A stretch of DNA of 64,000 bases from Squalus acanthias (Eukaryota), in NCBI GenBank assembly GCA_030390025.1, contig CM059432.1:147066001-147130000 (forward strand). The letters are read 5' to 3'. The translations under genes were made by a program, and so were the position numbers. Positions 25,489 to 36,900 of the stretch are shown in pieces (the stretch's first letter is position 1; each line of letters starts with the position of its first letter). The notes under the pieces are model-generated. The model saw only the letters and a list, made by a program, of their open reading frames with translations, was not told where the DNA came from and did no database searches.

Positions 25489-27398
25489 CATAAGAACACA
25501 AGAAACAGGAGCAGGAGTCGGCCAATCGGCCCCTCGAGCCTGCTCCGCCATTCAATAAGATCATGGCTGATCCAATCTTGGCCTCAACACCACTTTCCCG
25601 CTCTCTCCCCATACCCCCTCGACTCCCTTGCAGTTCAAATGTCTGTCAATCTCCGCCTTGAATATATTCAATGACTCCACTCCGCCTCCACAGCTCTCTG
25701 GGGTAGAGAATTCCAAAGATTTACGATCCTCTGAGAGAAGAATTTGCTTAGGATAAAAAATCACTGGATTGGGGGTAATATTCTGGCATGGATAGAGGAT
25801 TGGCTATCTAACAGAAGGCAGAGAGTTGGGATAAATGGTTCATTCTCAGACTGGCAATCAGTAACTAGTGGTGTTCTGCAGGGGTCAGTGCTGGGTCCCC
25901 AACTCTTTACAATCTATATTAACGATTTGGAGGAGGGGACCGAGTGTAACATATCAAAGTTTGCAGACGATACTAAGATGGGAGGGAACGTAGTGAGTGA
26001 GGAGGACATAAAAAATCTGCAAGGGGACATAGACAGGCTAAGTAAGTGGGCAGAGATTTGGCAGATGGAATACAATACTGGAAAGTGTGAGGTTATGCAC
26101 TTTGGCAGGAAAAATAGTAGAGCAAGTTATTATCTTAATGGCAAGAAACTGGAAAGTACTGAAGTACAAAGGGATCTGGGGGTCCTGGTGCACGAAACTC
26201 AAAAGGTTAGTATGCAGGTGCAGCAAGTGATTAAGAAGGCCAATGGAATGTTGGCTTTCATTGCTAGGGGGATAGAATATAAAAATAGGGAGGTATTGCT
26301 TCAGTTGTACAAGGTATTGGTGAGAACGCACCTGGAATACTGCATACAGTTTTGGTGTCCATACTTAAGAAAAGACATACTTGCTCTCGAGTCAGTACAA
26401 AGAAGGTTCACTCGGTTAATCCCGGGAATGAGGGGATGGACATATGAGGAGAGGTTGGGTAGATTGGGACTCTACTCATTGGAGTTCAGAAGAATGAGAG
26501 GCGATCTTATTGAAACATATAAGATTGTGAAGGGGTTGGATCGGGTGGATGCGGGGAGGATGTTCCCGATGATGGGTGAAACTAGAACTAGGGGGCATAG
26601 TTTTAGAATAAGGGGCTGCTCTTTCAAAACTGAGATGAGAAGGAACTACTTCACTCAGAGGGTGGTAGGTCCATGGAATATGCTGCCCCAAAAAGCTGTA
26701 GAAGCTACATCATTACATAAATTTAAAACAGAAATAGACAGTTTCCTAGAAGTAAAGGGAATTAAGGGTTACGGGGAGCGGGCAGGAATTTGGACATGAG
26801 TCTAGGTTCGGATCGGTCATGGCCCTGTGGGTGGCGTAGCGGGCCCAGGGGCCGTGTAGCCTGATCCTGCTCCTATTTCGTGTGTGCAATTCTGTTAGGT
26901 TCAGGAGATGGTTCTGTGATAGTAGATTGGTGGTTAGGATCAGATCAGCCATGATCTTATTGAATGGCGGAGCAGGCTCGAGAGGCCAATTGGCCTACTC
27001 CTGCTCCTATTTCTTATGTTCTTATGTAATTTCCTCCTCATCTCCGTCTTAAATGGGTGAACCCTTATTCTGAGACTATGCCCCCTCGTTCTAGATTCCC
27101 CCACGAGGGGAAAGATCCTCTCAGCATCTACCCTGTCTAATCCCCTCAGAATCTTGTATGTTTCAATAAGATCCCCTCTCATTCTTCTAAACTCCAATGA
27201 GTGTCGGCCCAACCTGCTCAACCTTTCATCATACGTCAACCCCTTCATTCCAGGAATCAACCTAGTGAACCTTCTCTGCACTGCCTCCAATGCAAGTATA
27301 TCCCTCCTTAAATATGGAGACCACAACTGTACGCAGTACTCCAGGTGAGGTCTCACCAGCGCCCTGTAAAGTTGCATCAAAACTTCCCTACTCCATAC
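25489..27398 (-). mobile_element. CR1 3' fragment split by a younger CR1
   Basis: ORF 26940..27380 continues at 25745-25490. Confidence 0.9.
25746..27027 (+). mobile_element. CR1 3' part (351-aa open RT fragment) with doubled 3' stem-loop
   Basis: ORF 25744..26799; TSD AATTT (25741-25745 / 27028-27032). Confidence 0.93.
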
Positions 27399-28387
27399 TG
27401 ATCAATGGCAGCCTGCAGAGCTGAGAACCATGCTGCACAACATCCTGTAACTGTGCACCCACTGTCTGTATCATACTCTGTTGACATTGTGCTGCGAAAA
27501 TATCCTCGTTTCAAAGCAGGTCTTGTAAGGTCGGAATCACAAAGCTACTCAGTCAGGGTCCGCGGCAATGGGATGCCTTTGCTCAGCAGCCATTCTCTGG
27601 CCACCACCTCGGCCCCTTTCACATCTATTCGAGGCAAACCTCAACCTGCGCTTACCTCTTCTACCCTCCAAACTGTGTGTCTCTGGGCTGATGGGTACTT
27701 CCAAGTTGTGATGACCGAGGGTACTGAGGTTGTTAGTGAGAGAGAGAGAGAGAGAGAGCTTGCTGCTACTGAGGTTGTGGGATAGCTGGAAAAAAAAATT
27801 AAAAAGGCAGCTGGTAAGTCAATGTGTAAGGCGTGTTATTGTTGCTTTTCAGACAACAGTGCAACACAGCAGAGCCAATTGTCCAAAATTGTGCTTCTGG
27901 AGATTCAGACACACGCCCTCCGGAATTTTCTGTCCAGCACGAATGGATGAAAAATTGTGAGCAGCGTACATCTGAATACCTGATATGTGTTTAAAATGGG
28001 CAAAGCTCCCCACCAGGATCAGGCTTTTGTAAACTTGGTCCTTGTTACTGTATTACTGTCGGATTCTACACCTGCTGAAGCACATTTGCATGGTGAAAGT
28101 TGGCGATATATCACTTCCTGCATCACTCATGTCATCTACAACTTCCCCAGCCAGTGAAGTCCATGAAAGGGTCTTGGAAGGAAGTGGGGCATTTGACCAT
28201 TTGATTTCTTCCTTCTGTTAGTATTCTGTTCCTTTAATTGTGATAAGAACTGAAGAAAATCTAGAGGAAAAATAAAGGGCCATTCAGCCCATCTAGCCAG
28301 AGCCCATGTCTGATTATACTATTGTGGACGTTCCTCCCACATCACCTGTTGATCATCTCCAGTGTTGTTAATCACTCTAGACCCTCT

Positions 28388-29635
28388 GAGGTCGATTTTC
28401 CCCAGATACTTTGGGGGCTAAATTCCGTTGATTTGCGCCTCCCGTTAGCGCCCTCTAGCGCGAAATTCAGCGGGCGGTTAGCGGCGGCGCTAACCGTTAG
28501 CACCGCGCAGCGTTGCACCGCCGGCGATGATGTCATCGCCGTGCACAGCGCCCCGCGCACACCCCGGCTGTAATATTGGGTGGCGCCCCCCCCGACTTAC
28601 CGCCAGACGCTATGTCCGCCGGGGTCAGGGGGGCCTACCTGCGGCCGGGGCGGCGCTAGTTAAAGGGGAGGTGGCGGGCGGCCATTTTTGTTGCTGGCCT
28701 CCTGCCAGCACCTGCCCCCGTTGCTGTCCCCGGCCCCCGTGAAGCCCCCCCGCGGGGTGCCGGCTGGTCTCCGTGAGCCCGGCACTCCTCTTGAGTGCCG
28801 GGCTCGTTTGTCGGCACTTCCGATCCCTGGTGGCCCAGCTGGGCGTCGGGACGCACTGCGCCAGCCCCCTTTCCTTTAATAAGGGGAGGAAGGCCTGCAG
28901 TACTGCGGTGCGATGTGTCACAGCGCATGGCGCTGCAGCACGTGGCACCGCGATATTGGCTCGCAGCGCCTCAAGACGAACGCGGGACGCTTCCAGTTGT
29001 GCCCCTCCTCACTCTCGGGGCGCTACCTGGCAAAATCGGCCTGCGGGGGGACGCTAACTTTTTCGGGGCGCTCCCAATTTTTCCCCCTTTAGGTGCTAAC
29101 GAGCCTCCGAGGTGGCCAAGATGGGGCCCTTGAGCTGAAACGCATTTAGTCCGCATTTAACGCAAGACGCCATCTTGGTAAAAGAGTTAAGGAGGCTGTA
29201 CGGCATTTTGGTGGATAGCACTTGATCTGACACTCTCTCCTAACAGTGACCAGCTGATTTGGAGTAAACAATTCGTTGCAGAGATTTTTGCGCGCTACTT
29301 AAAGGTATATCACCTTTTACTGTTCACTTGCTGCTCTCACTCGGTGCCTGAGCCATCCTGAAACCTATCACTGTGTGCCAGCCAGCCCACTCCACACCTT
29401 CAGTGGGAGCGGGTGCGTGGAGCCCACATATACCGCTCCATGAAACTGCATCTAATCAGAGCATGATGGTAAACCTGCAGGTGTCTGTTTTAGCATCTCC
29501 AGGCAAGTTCAAACTATGGTAATCGGCAATTAGGCCTAGAATTGCGTGCTAAAACCAGATTTTTTAAATAGGTGTGTCTCATTAGCACAGCACCCATTTA
29601 GTGCCTGTTTTCATCCTTTCACCAAAATAACCCCC
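28388..29635. mobile_element. Non-autonomous Harbinger, family C
   Basis: TIR-like gaggtcgatttt / aaaataaccccc; ends are homologous, in inverted orientation, to 33401-34836. Confidence 0.75.
28413..29087. mobile_element. GC/CpG-rich Harbinger MITE nested in the family C element
   Basis: TIRs gggggctaaattc / caatttttccccc; TSD TTT/TTT. Confidence 0.8.
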
Positions 29636-29839
29636 TCCGCCATCTCTGTTTGCAAGATAAATAGGTGTTGAATGAGTGAATATTTTGTGGTGTGCATGTT
29701 GGGCAACACCACACTTTTTAGCTCTGGGTATAGCTCACTGATTGTAAGGTAGTCAGCTAAGGTCATCCACAGAGAGTTTGTGAGAATGTTGAGAGTTGAC
29801 TGAGTGCCATGACATTTTCAGCTGTATGTGTGAATAGTT

Positions 29840-32161
29840 CCCCTGGCATGCTCTCCTCCTTCCATATAAGAGAAATGAGTTCATGAATTCGCGCCAGTAG
29901 TGCTTCTCCGCCATGCTTTAGTGCCTCGGCGGGGATTCCATCTGCTCCTGAGGCCTTGTTGTTCTTCAGTTGTCGGATGGCCTTTTCAACCTCATGCCGG
30001 GCTGGGGTTGTGCTGAGATGGTGGCGGGTAGCATGCTGCGGGATGGAGTTGAGGACACTCGTGTTGAAGACAGAGTCGCGGTTAAGGAGATCTTCGAAGT
30101 GCTCCTTCCAGCGGGCACTGACTGCCTCTCTGTCCTTGATGATTACCTCTCCATTCTTGGCCCGCAGTGGGGTAGGGCCTTGGGTGCTTGGGCCGTAGAT
30201 CGTCTTGACTACGCTAAAGAATCCACTAAGGGGCACAATGGACATGATCTTCACCACACGTCAATTACAAGAGAAATGCAGGGAACAGCACCAACCGCTG
30301 TACATGGCCTTCTTTGATCTCACAAAGGCCTTCGACACTGTCAACCATGAGGGATTATGGAGTGTCCTCCGCAAATTCGGCTGCCCTCAAAAGTTTGTCA
30401 CCATCCTCCGCCAGCTTCACGATGACGTGCAAGCCGTGATCCTGACCAACGGATCCACCACAGACCCAATTCACGTACGAACCGGGGTCAAGCAAGGCTG
30501 TGTCATCGCACCAACGCTCTTCTCTATCTTCCTTGCTGCAATGCTCCATCTCACCCTCAGTAAGCTGCCCACTGGAGTGGAGCTAATTTACAGAACAAAC
30601 GGGAAACTGTTCAACCTCCGTCGCCTCCAGTCCAGATCCAAGGTCGTCCCATCCTTTGTCATCGAATTGCAGTATGTAGATGACGCTTGCATCTGTGCTC
30701 ACTCGGAGGTCGAACTCCAAACCATCGTCAACACCTTCACCGAAGCGTACGAGAGCATGGGCCTTACACTAAACATCCGTAAGACAAAGGTCCTCTACCA
30801 ACCTGCCCCCGCCACACAGTACTGCCCCCCGATTATCAAACTTGGACAACGTGGACCACTTTCCATACCTCGGGAGCCTACTGTCAACAAGGGCAGATGT
30901 CGACGACGAAGTCCAACACCGCCTTCAGTGTGCCAATGCAGCCTTCAGTCGCCTGAGGAAGAGAGTGTTTGAAGACCAGGACCTCAAACCCGGCACTAAG
31001 CTCATGGTCTACAGAGCAGCAGTGATACCCGCCCTGCTGTATGCCTCAGAGACATGGACCATGTACAGCAGGCACCTCAAAGCACTGGAGAGGTACCACC
31101 AACGCTGCCTCCGCAAGATCCTGCAAATCCATTGGCAGGATAGGCGCACCAACGTCAGTGTTCTTGCTCAGGCCAACATCCCCAGCATCGAAGGTTTGAC
31201 CACGCTCGATCAGGTCCGATGGACGGGTCACATTGTCTGCATGCCCGATATGAGACTCCCAAAACAAGCGCTCTACTCGGAGCTCCAGCACGGCAAGAGA
31301 GCCCCAGGTGGGCAGAGGAAACGCTTCAAGGACACCCTCAAAGCCTTCTTGAAAAAGTGCAACATCCCCACCGACACCTGGGAATCCCTGGCCCAAGACC
31401 GCACAAAGTGGAGGAGAAGCATCCGGGAAGGCGCCGAACACCTCGAGTCTCTTCGTCGGGAGCAAGCGGAAGCCAAGCGCAGGCAGCGCAAGGAGCGCAC
31501 GTCAACCCAAGCACCCCACCCACCCGCCCCTTCAACCACCGTCTGCCCCACCTGTGACAGAGACTTTGGGCTGGATTTTGTCTTGGGGTCGGGTTGGGGT
31601 CGTGTAATCCGCATTTCACGGAGAGAGAGAGAGAGAGAGAGAGATTTTGCATCCAAGTCCTCTTAAACTAAATGCCATGACATTGAATGTAGCAGTATCA
31701 GAGGCGACTTTCACATCACATCTCCGTTGTAATAGTGGACTTGCAGCCGATAGTCAGCTGTCCACTTGTGCTCCCGCCAGGTTTCACTGGAGTGTTTCAC
31801 ATCAGGCGTGCTTCACGTCAGAAAAGGGTTAAACTAGCTACAATGTTTCAAAATAGCATTACAGACCCAATTTAGGGCTTGTTAAGGGCTTTAATGGCCT
31901 CTCCCGCCTCCAAGAGGCGGGACGGAGTCGGGAACCCCGCGACTGATTTTGTCAAAATTGCGTGGAGGCGGGATGGAGTCGGGATGGGGTCGGAAACCCC
32001 GACCCCGCAAATTTAACCCCCCACACGCCTCCAAACCCAACTCCATGGGTCATTCAAAATCCAGCCCTGTAGGTCCCCCATTGGACTCATCAGTCACCTG
32101 AGAACTCATTTTTAATGTGGAAGCAAGTCATCCTCGGTTCCGAGGGACTGCCTGAGGGAGG
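29840..32161 (+). mobile_element. RTE-clade (BovB-like) LINE with inverted 5' segment (~29840-30222 on the minus strand)
   Basis: FFDLTKAFDTV, GVKQGCVIAPTLF, QYVDD, FPYLGS and a C-terminal CPTCDRD.RS.IGL.SHLRTH zinc finger; 12-bp TSD gtgtgaatagtt. Confidence 0.92.
31568..32067. mobile_element. Harbinger MITE, subtype B, internally deleted
   Basis: Same TIRs as subtype A; highly similar to 40326-41096. Confidence 0.9.
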
Positions 32162-33400
32162 GTGTGAATAGTTATAGTCTGTCCTCAATCTTTCTCCACT
32201 GCATCTTTCCAGGTTTTTCTTTCTTGACCATTCTGGGCTAATTCTCAACTGTGTTCATTACTTTCCTTTGTGTTGCTTTTGGATTCACGCAAACTCTTTC
32301 AGCACCTGCATTTTAGTTTAATGCAGGATAGATACTTAAAATCAACAAGCTCAGAGTAAACAAGCATAACCAAAATAGTTTAGGACAAAACTAGATAGAG
32401 GAGGTAATTAAACGGTTGCCAGTGCTCCAAGTAGAAAAGTCACCCAGTCCGGATGAGATGCATCCCAGGTTGCTGAGGGAAGTAAGGGTGGAAATAGTGG
32501 AGGCTTTGACTATAATCTTTCAATCCTGCTTTGATATCGAAGTGGTGCCAGAGGACTGGAGAGTTACAAATGTTAAACCCTGTTCAAAAAAGGGGAGAGA
32601 GATAAACCAGGTAACTACACGGCCAGTCAACCTTATGTTGGTGATGGGAAAACTTCCAGAGACCAAAATCCAGAACACAATTAATAGTCACTTGGAAGAA
32701 CATGGGTTAATAAATGACAGCCATCACCGATTTGTTAAAGGCAAATCATGTCTGACTAACTTGATTGAGTTCTTTGATGAGATGGCGCAGAGGGTTGGTG
32801 AGGGTAATGCGGTTGGTGTTGTGTATATGGACTTTCAAAAAAGCGTTTGATTAAGTGCTACATGATAGACCTGTTAGCAAACTTGATGCTCGTGGGATTA
32901 AAGGGGCAGTGGCAGCATGGATACAAAACTTGCTGTGAGACAGAAAGCAGAGAGTAGTCATGAGCGATTGTTTTTCGGTCTGGAGGGAAGTATACAGTGG
33001 TGTCCCCGATGGGTTGGTATTAGGACCACTGCTCTTTGTTATATATTAATGACCTGAACCTGGGTATACAGGGCATAATTTCAATGTTTGTAGATGACAC
33101 AAAGCTTGAATATGTAGTAAACAGTGAGGAGGATAGTAACAGACTTCAGGAGGACATAGACAGACTGGTGAAATAAGCAGACACATGGCAGATGTAATTT
33201 AATGCAGAGAAGTGCCAAGTGATGCATTTTGGAAGGATAAATAAAGAGAGGCAGTTTAAACTAAATGGCACAATTTTAAAGTGGGTACGGGAACAGAAAA
33301 ACCTGGAGGTTCACATACACAAATCTTTGAAGGTGGCAGGGCATGTAGATAAGGGTGTTAAAAAAGTATATGAATACTTGGCTTTATAAATAGAGGCATA

Positions 33401-34836
33401 GGAGGTTATTTTGGGGAAAGGGTGAAAACAGGTGCTAAATGGGTGCTGTGCTAATAAGACACGCCTGTTTAAAAGTTTGGTTTTAGCCTGCAATTTTGGG
33501 GCTTACTGGTGATTACCATGATTTAAACATGCCTGGAGGCGCTAAAACAGATACCTGCACGTGTAGTACTCAACCGCTGATTAGAAGCAATTTTCCTGGA
33601 GCAGTATATGTGGACTCCGCACACCCACTTCCACTGAAGGTGTGCAGTGCGCTGGCTGACGCACAATGGGACGTTTCAGGATGGCTCAGGGAGCAAGGGA
33701 GAGGGCGCACAGGTTCTCGGACGGGGCACTGGAGATCCTGGTGGAGGAGGTCCAGGGGAGGAGGGATGCCCTGTACCCGCAGGGGGGGAAGAGCCCACCT
33801 CGCCCTTGTGTCCCTCCTCTCCCTCTCAGCTGCAGCAGCCGGTGCTGCTCTGTCTGGCCTCATCTCCTCCTCTCAGTCCTCCTCCAGACCAAGGAGGACC
33901 CCTAGCAAGATCTCCATGACCGAGCACTCCCTTTCTCCTAGTGACTCCGCTAAGGTTTCCAAGAAGGTACAGCAGCGCAGCACTCACTCTCTTTTGGTGA
34001 AGTCCTCAGATAATTTCCGGGGAAAATGGTGATAGAGTGTTGGTGGAGTCTTGACAAAGTGTCCCAGAATGTCATAGAGTCATAACGGCACAGAAGGAGG
34101 CCATTCGGCCCATCGAGTCCGTGCCGGCTCTCTGTAGAGCAATCCAGTCAGTCCCATTCCCCCCGCTCTATCCCCGTAGCCTTGCAAGTTTATTTCCCTC
34201 AAGTGCCTATCCAGTCTCCCCTTGAAAACATTGCGTGTCTCCGCTTCCACCACTTCTGTCGGCAGCGAATTCCAGGTCATCACCACTCGCTGCGTAAAAA
34301 AAGTTTTTCTTCACATCCCCCCTGTATCTCTTGCCCAAAACCTTAAATCTGTGTCCCCCTCGTCCTTGTGCCATCAACTAGTGGGAACAGCCTTTCCCCG
34401 TCTAGCCTATCCAAACCCGTCATTATCTTGTCTCCCGAGGTGTCTCAAAAGTCCTCTTCAAACGCAGTGTAGTCAGTCGATCTCCAGCAGCAAGTGAATA
34501 GTAAAAGCTGAGCATGGCTTTAGGTAGCATTTTGAAATCCTCAGTAACGACTTCTTTACCCCTGTTCAGCTGGTTGCTGTGAGGAGAGGCTTTTTAATTG
34601 CAGCGCTAGCCAGCAAACTGGCATGCAGTCTCTTTAATAAGCTCAAGCAGCCAATTCAATTGTTAATCAGGTCCTTAACGATCATCGCAGTGGCCATTCC
34701 GAGCGCGCACTTCAGCTCCTTTACCAAGATGGCGTCTTGGGCTGAAGGCGGGCCAAACTGGCGTTGCCGCTCAAGACCCCATCTTTGCCACCTCTGAGGC
34801 TCTTTGGTACCTAACGTATCCAGGGAAAATCACCCG
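33401..34836. mobile_element. Internally deleted Harbinger (family C) with the start of Myb exon 1
   Basis: TIR-like ends; MAQGARERAHRFSDGALEILVEEVQGRRDALYPQGG at 33681; flanks ATA/ATT. Confidence 0.8.
34075..34430 (-). mobile_element. CR1 3' fragment
   Basis: WNSLPTEVVEA..GYGDRAG, plus tail. Confidence 0.85.
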
Positions 34837-35043
34837 ATTGATTACAAAAGCAATGAAGTTCAGCTAAATCTTTATAAATCACTGGTTAGACCGCAACTGG
34901 AGTATCGTGTCCAATTCTGGGCACCACCCTTTAGGAAGGATGTCAAGGTCTTGGAGAGGGTGCAGAGGAGATTTACTAGAATGGTACCAGGGATGAGGGA
35001 ATTCAGTCATGTGGAGAGACTGGAGAAGCTGGTGTTCTATTTA

Positions 35044-35217
35044 TGATGTGGAGATGCCGGTGTTGGACTGGGGTGGACAAATGTGAGAAGTTGCACAACA
35101 CCAGGTTATAGTCCAACAGCTTTATTTGAAATCACAAGCTTTCGGAGCGCTGCTCCTTCGTCAGGTGACGAATAAAGCTGTTGGACTATAACCTGGTGTT
35201 GTGCGACTTCTCACATT
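35044..35217 (-). mobile_element. Short Penelope-derived insertion with an inverted partial copy
   Basis: 35171-35220 is the inverted copy of 35077-35127; TSD tgttctattta. Confidence 0.85.
35132..35168 (-). ncRNA. Minimal type-I hammerhead ribozyme, family 2
   Basis: UCAC-CUGACGA-A-GGAGC agc GCUCC-GAA-AGCU-U-GUGA. Confidence 0.85.
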
Positions 35218-35503
35218 TGTTCTATTTAGATACAGAGATGGTGAGGGGAGATTTAGTCGAGGTGTTCAAAATTATGAGGGTGTTTTGATCGATTAGATCG
35301 GGAGAAACTGTTTCCACTGGCAGGAGGATCAGTAAGCGAAGGACACAGATTTAAAATAAATGGCAAAAAAACAACCGGGGGAGATGAGGAGAATTTTTTT
35401 TACTCACCGAGTTATTAGGGTCTGGAATGAATTGCCTGAAATTGTGGTGGCAGCAGATTCAATAGAAACTCAAAAGTGAAGTGGATCGCGACTTAAAACG
35501 GGA

Positions 35504-36055
35504 GGCCTTGAAATTCCAGTGCGCTGCAAAGCTGCTGGATGCCTCCGCGGGCCGCCGTTAACACGAAACAATACCGCAGGCATTTTGGTGCTGCCTGTTA
35601 ATTTAAGTTAGCGCAGTGCTAAGCTCACCATGCGAGGCTAGTTTTCCGGCGCTACTCTCAACAGGAGACCCAATGTAGCATGGCTGTAGTGTGCCTGGAG
35701 CAAGAACAGCGTTATCTTAAATAAAAACAGAAAATGCTGGAAATACTCAGCAGGTGCTGCCTGACCTGCTGAGCATTTCCAGCATTTTCTGTTTTTATTT
35801 CAGATTTCCAGCATCTGCAGTATTTTGCTTTTGTATTAGCGTTATCTTAAAGCTAGCCTGTCATTTCAGAAAGCAGTGTCGGTCCCTTAAAGGGGAACTG
35901 CCTTCTAAAATGCTGCTGATTTGCATTTCTAACGACAGCGCTACAGGCCCTCACCAAAATGGCCGCCGCCGAGTCCCGCGCCAGAGGGACGGGCGGCTAT
36001 TTTTTTCAAGCCACGAGCCTTAACGGAGAGCGGCAGCTCCCTAAATTTCTAGGCC
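35504..36055. mobile_element. Harbinger MITE
   Basis: TIRs ggccttgaaatt / aatttctaggcc; flanks GGA/GAA. Confidence 0.75.
35722..35837. mobile_element. Penelope-derived pLTR tail in inverted arrangement (family 1, no ribozyme core)
   Basis: Matches 11850-11935; 14-bp TSD agcgttatcttaaa. Confidence 0.8.
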
Positions 36056-36900
36056 GAAACATTTTCAGGGCTATGGAGAAAGAGCAAGGGAGTGGAGCTA
36101 ATTGGCAGCTCCTTCAGAGAGCCTGCACAGGCACGATGCGCTGAGTGGCCTCCTTCTCTGCTGTACGATTCTATTTTATTAAAGGTGAGATAGTAATGAG
36201 AGCAAAAATTACCTGAACAAATCTCGCACGGAGAAAGGGGAAGGGCTCACTGAAACAAACAAACAAAATTGCACGAACAAGTAAAAAACGGTGATCAAAA
36301 GCACATCGAGACATCTAGAAAAAGCGTAGCAGTAGAAGCTGCATATGGACTAAAAATTCCCCCCAGCACCACAACGATTAAAATGGCAGTTAAAGAGCCA
36401 AAAACCTGAAAAGGTGCACAGAAACTGAAACTGATGATGAGCACAAGAAAGTAAATATTCTGAATGATTACTTCCTCCGGTATTCAAAAAAGTAACCTGC
36501 TTTCCCCCAAACATGGGTTTAAGTACAATAAATGAGGTGGAATTCCAAGACAGGCTAAGAAGGTTCAAAACAAACAGATCACCAAACTGCGAGGGGGCTA
36601 AATTCGACAGCCCCTGAAAACGAGTGGAGGAATCGGGATGTGAGATTAACCCGCGCCCGTTCCTTCCAACGTAGGCAGCACGCAAACTTCGGGTTGCTTA
36701 CTCATTTACATGATTACAGCATTGAGGCAGCGCTAAAGGTGCTGCTGAGTGGCTGAATGCCTCAGCAGGGGGCACTAGTTTGTGCGAGACTGTACTCCTT
36801 AAAGCCAGCCTGCACCTCTTAAAAGGGGAGGTGCCTTCTGGCTGGAGCAGTTGCTGGAAGTGGCTGGGGAAGAGAGTCTGACACGCAAGAAGAGTGACGA

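Larger units (their letters stand above)
32400..36172 (+). mobile_element. Decayed CR1 carrying several nested insertions
   Basis: KSPSPDEMHP, SCLTNLIEFFD and RPQLEY fragments; tail at ~36150-36172. Confidence 0.85.
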
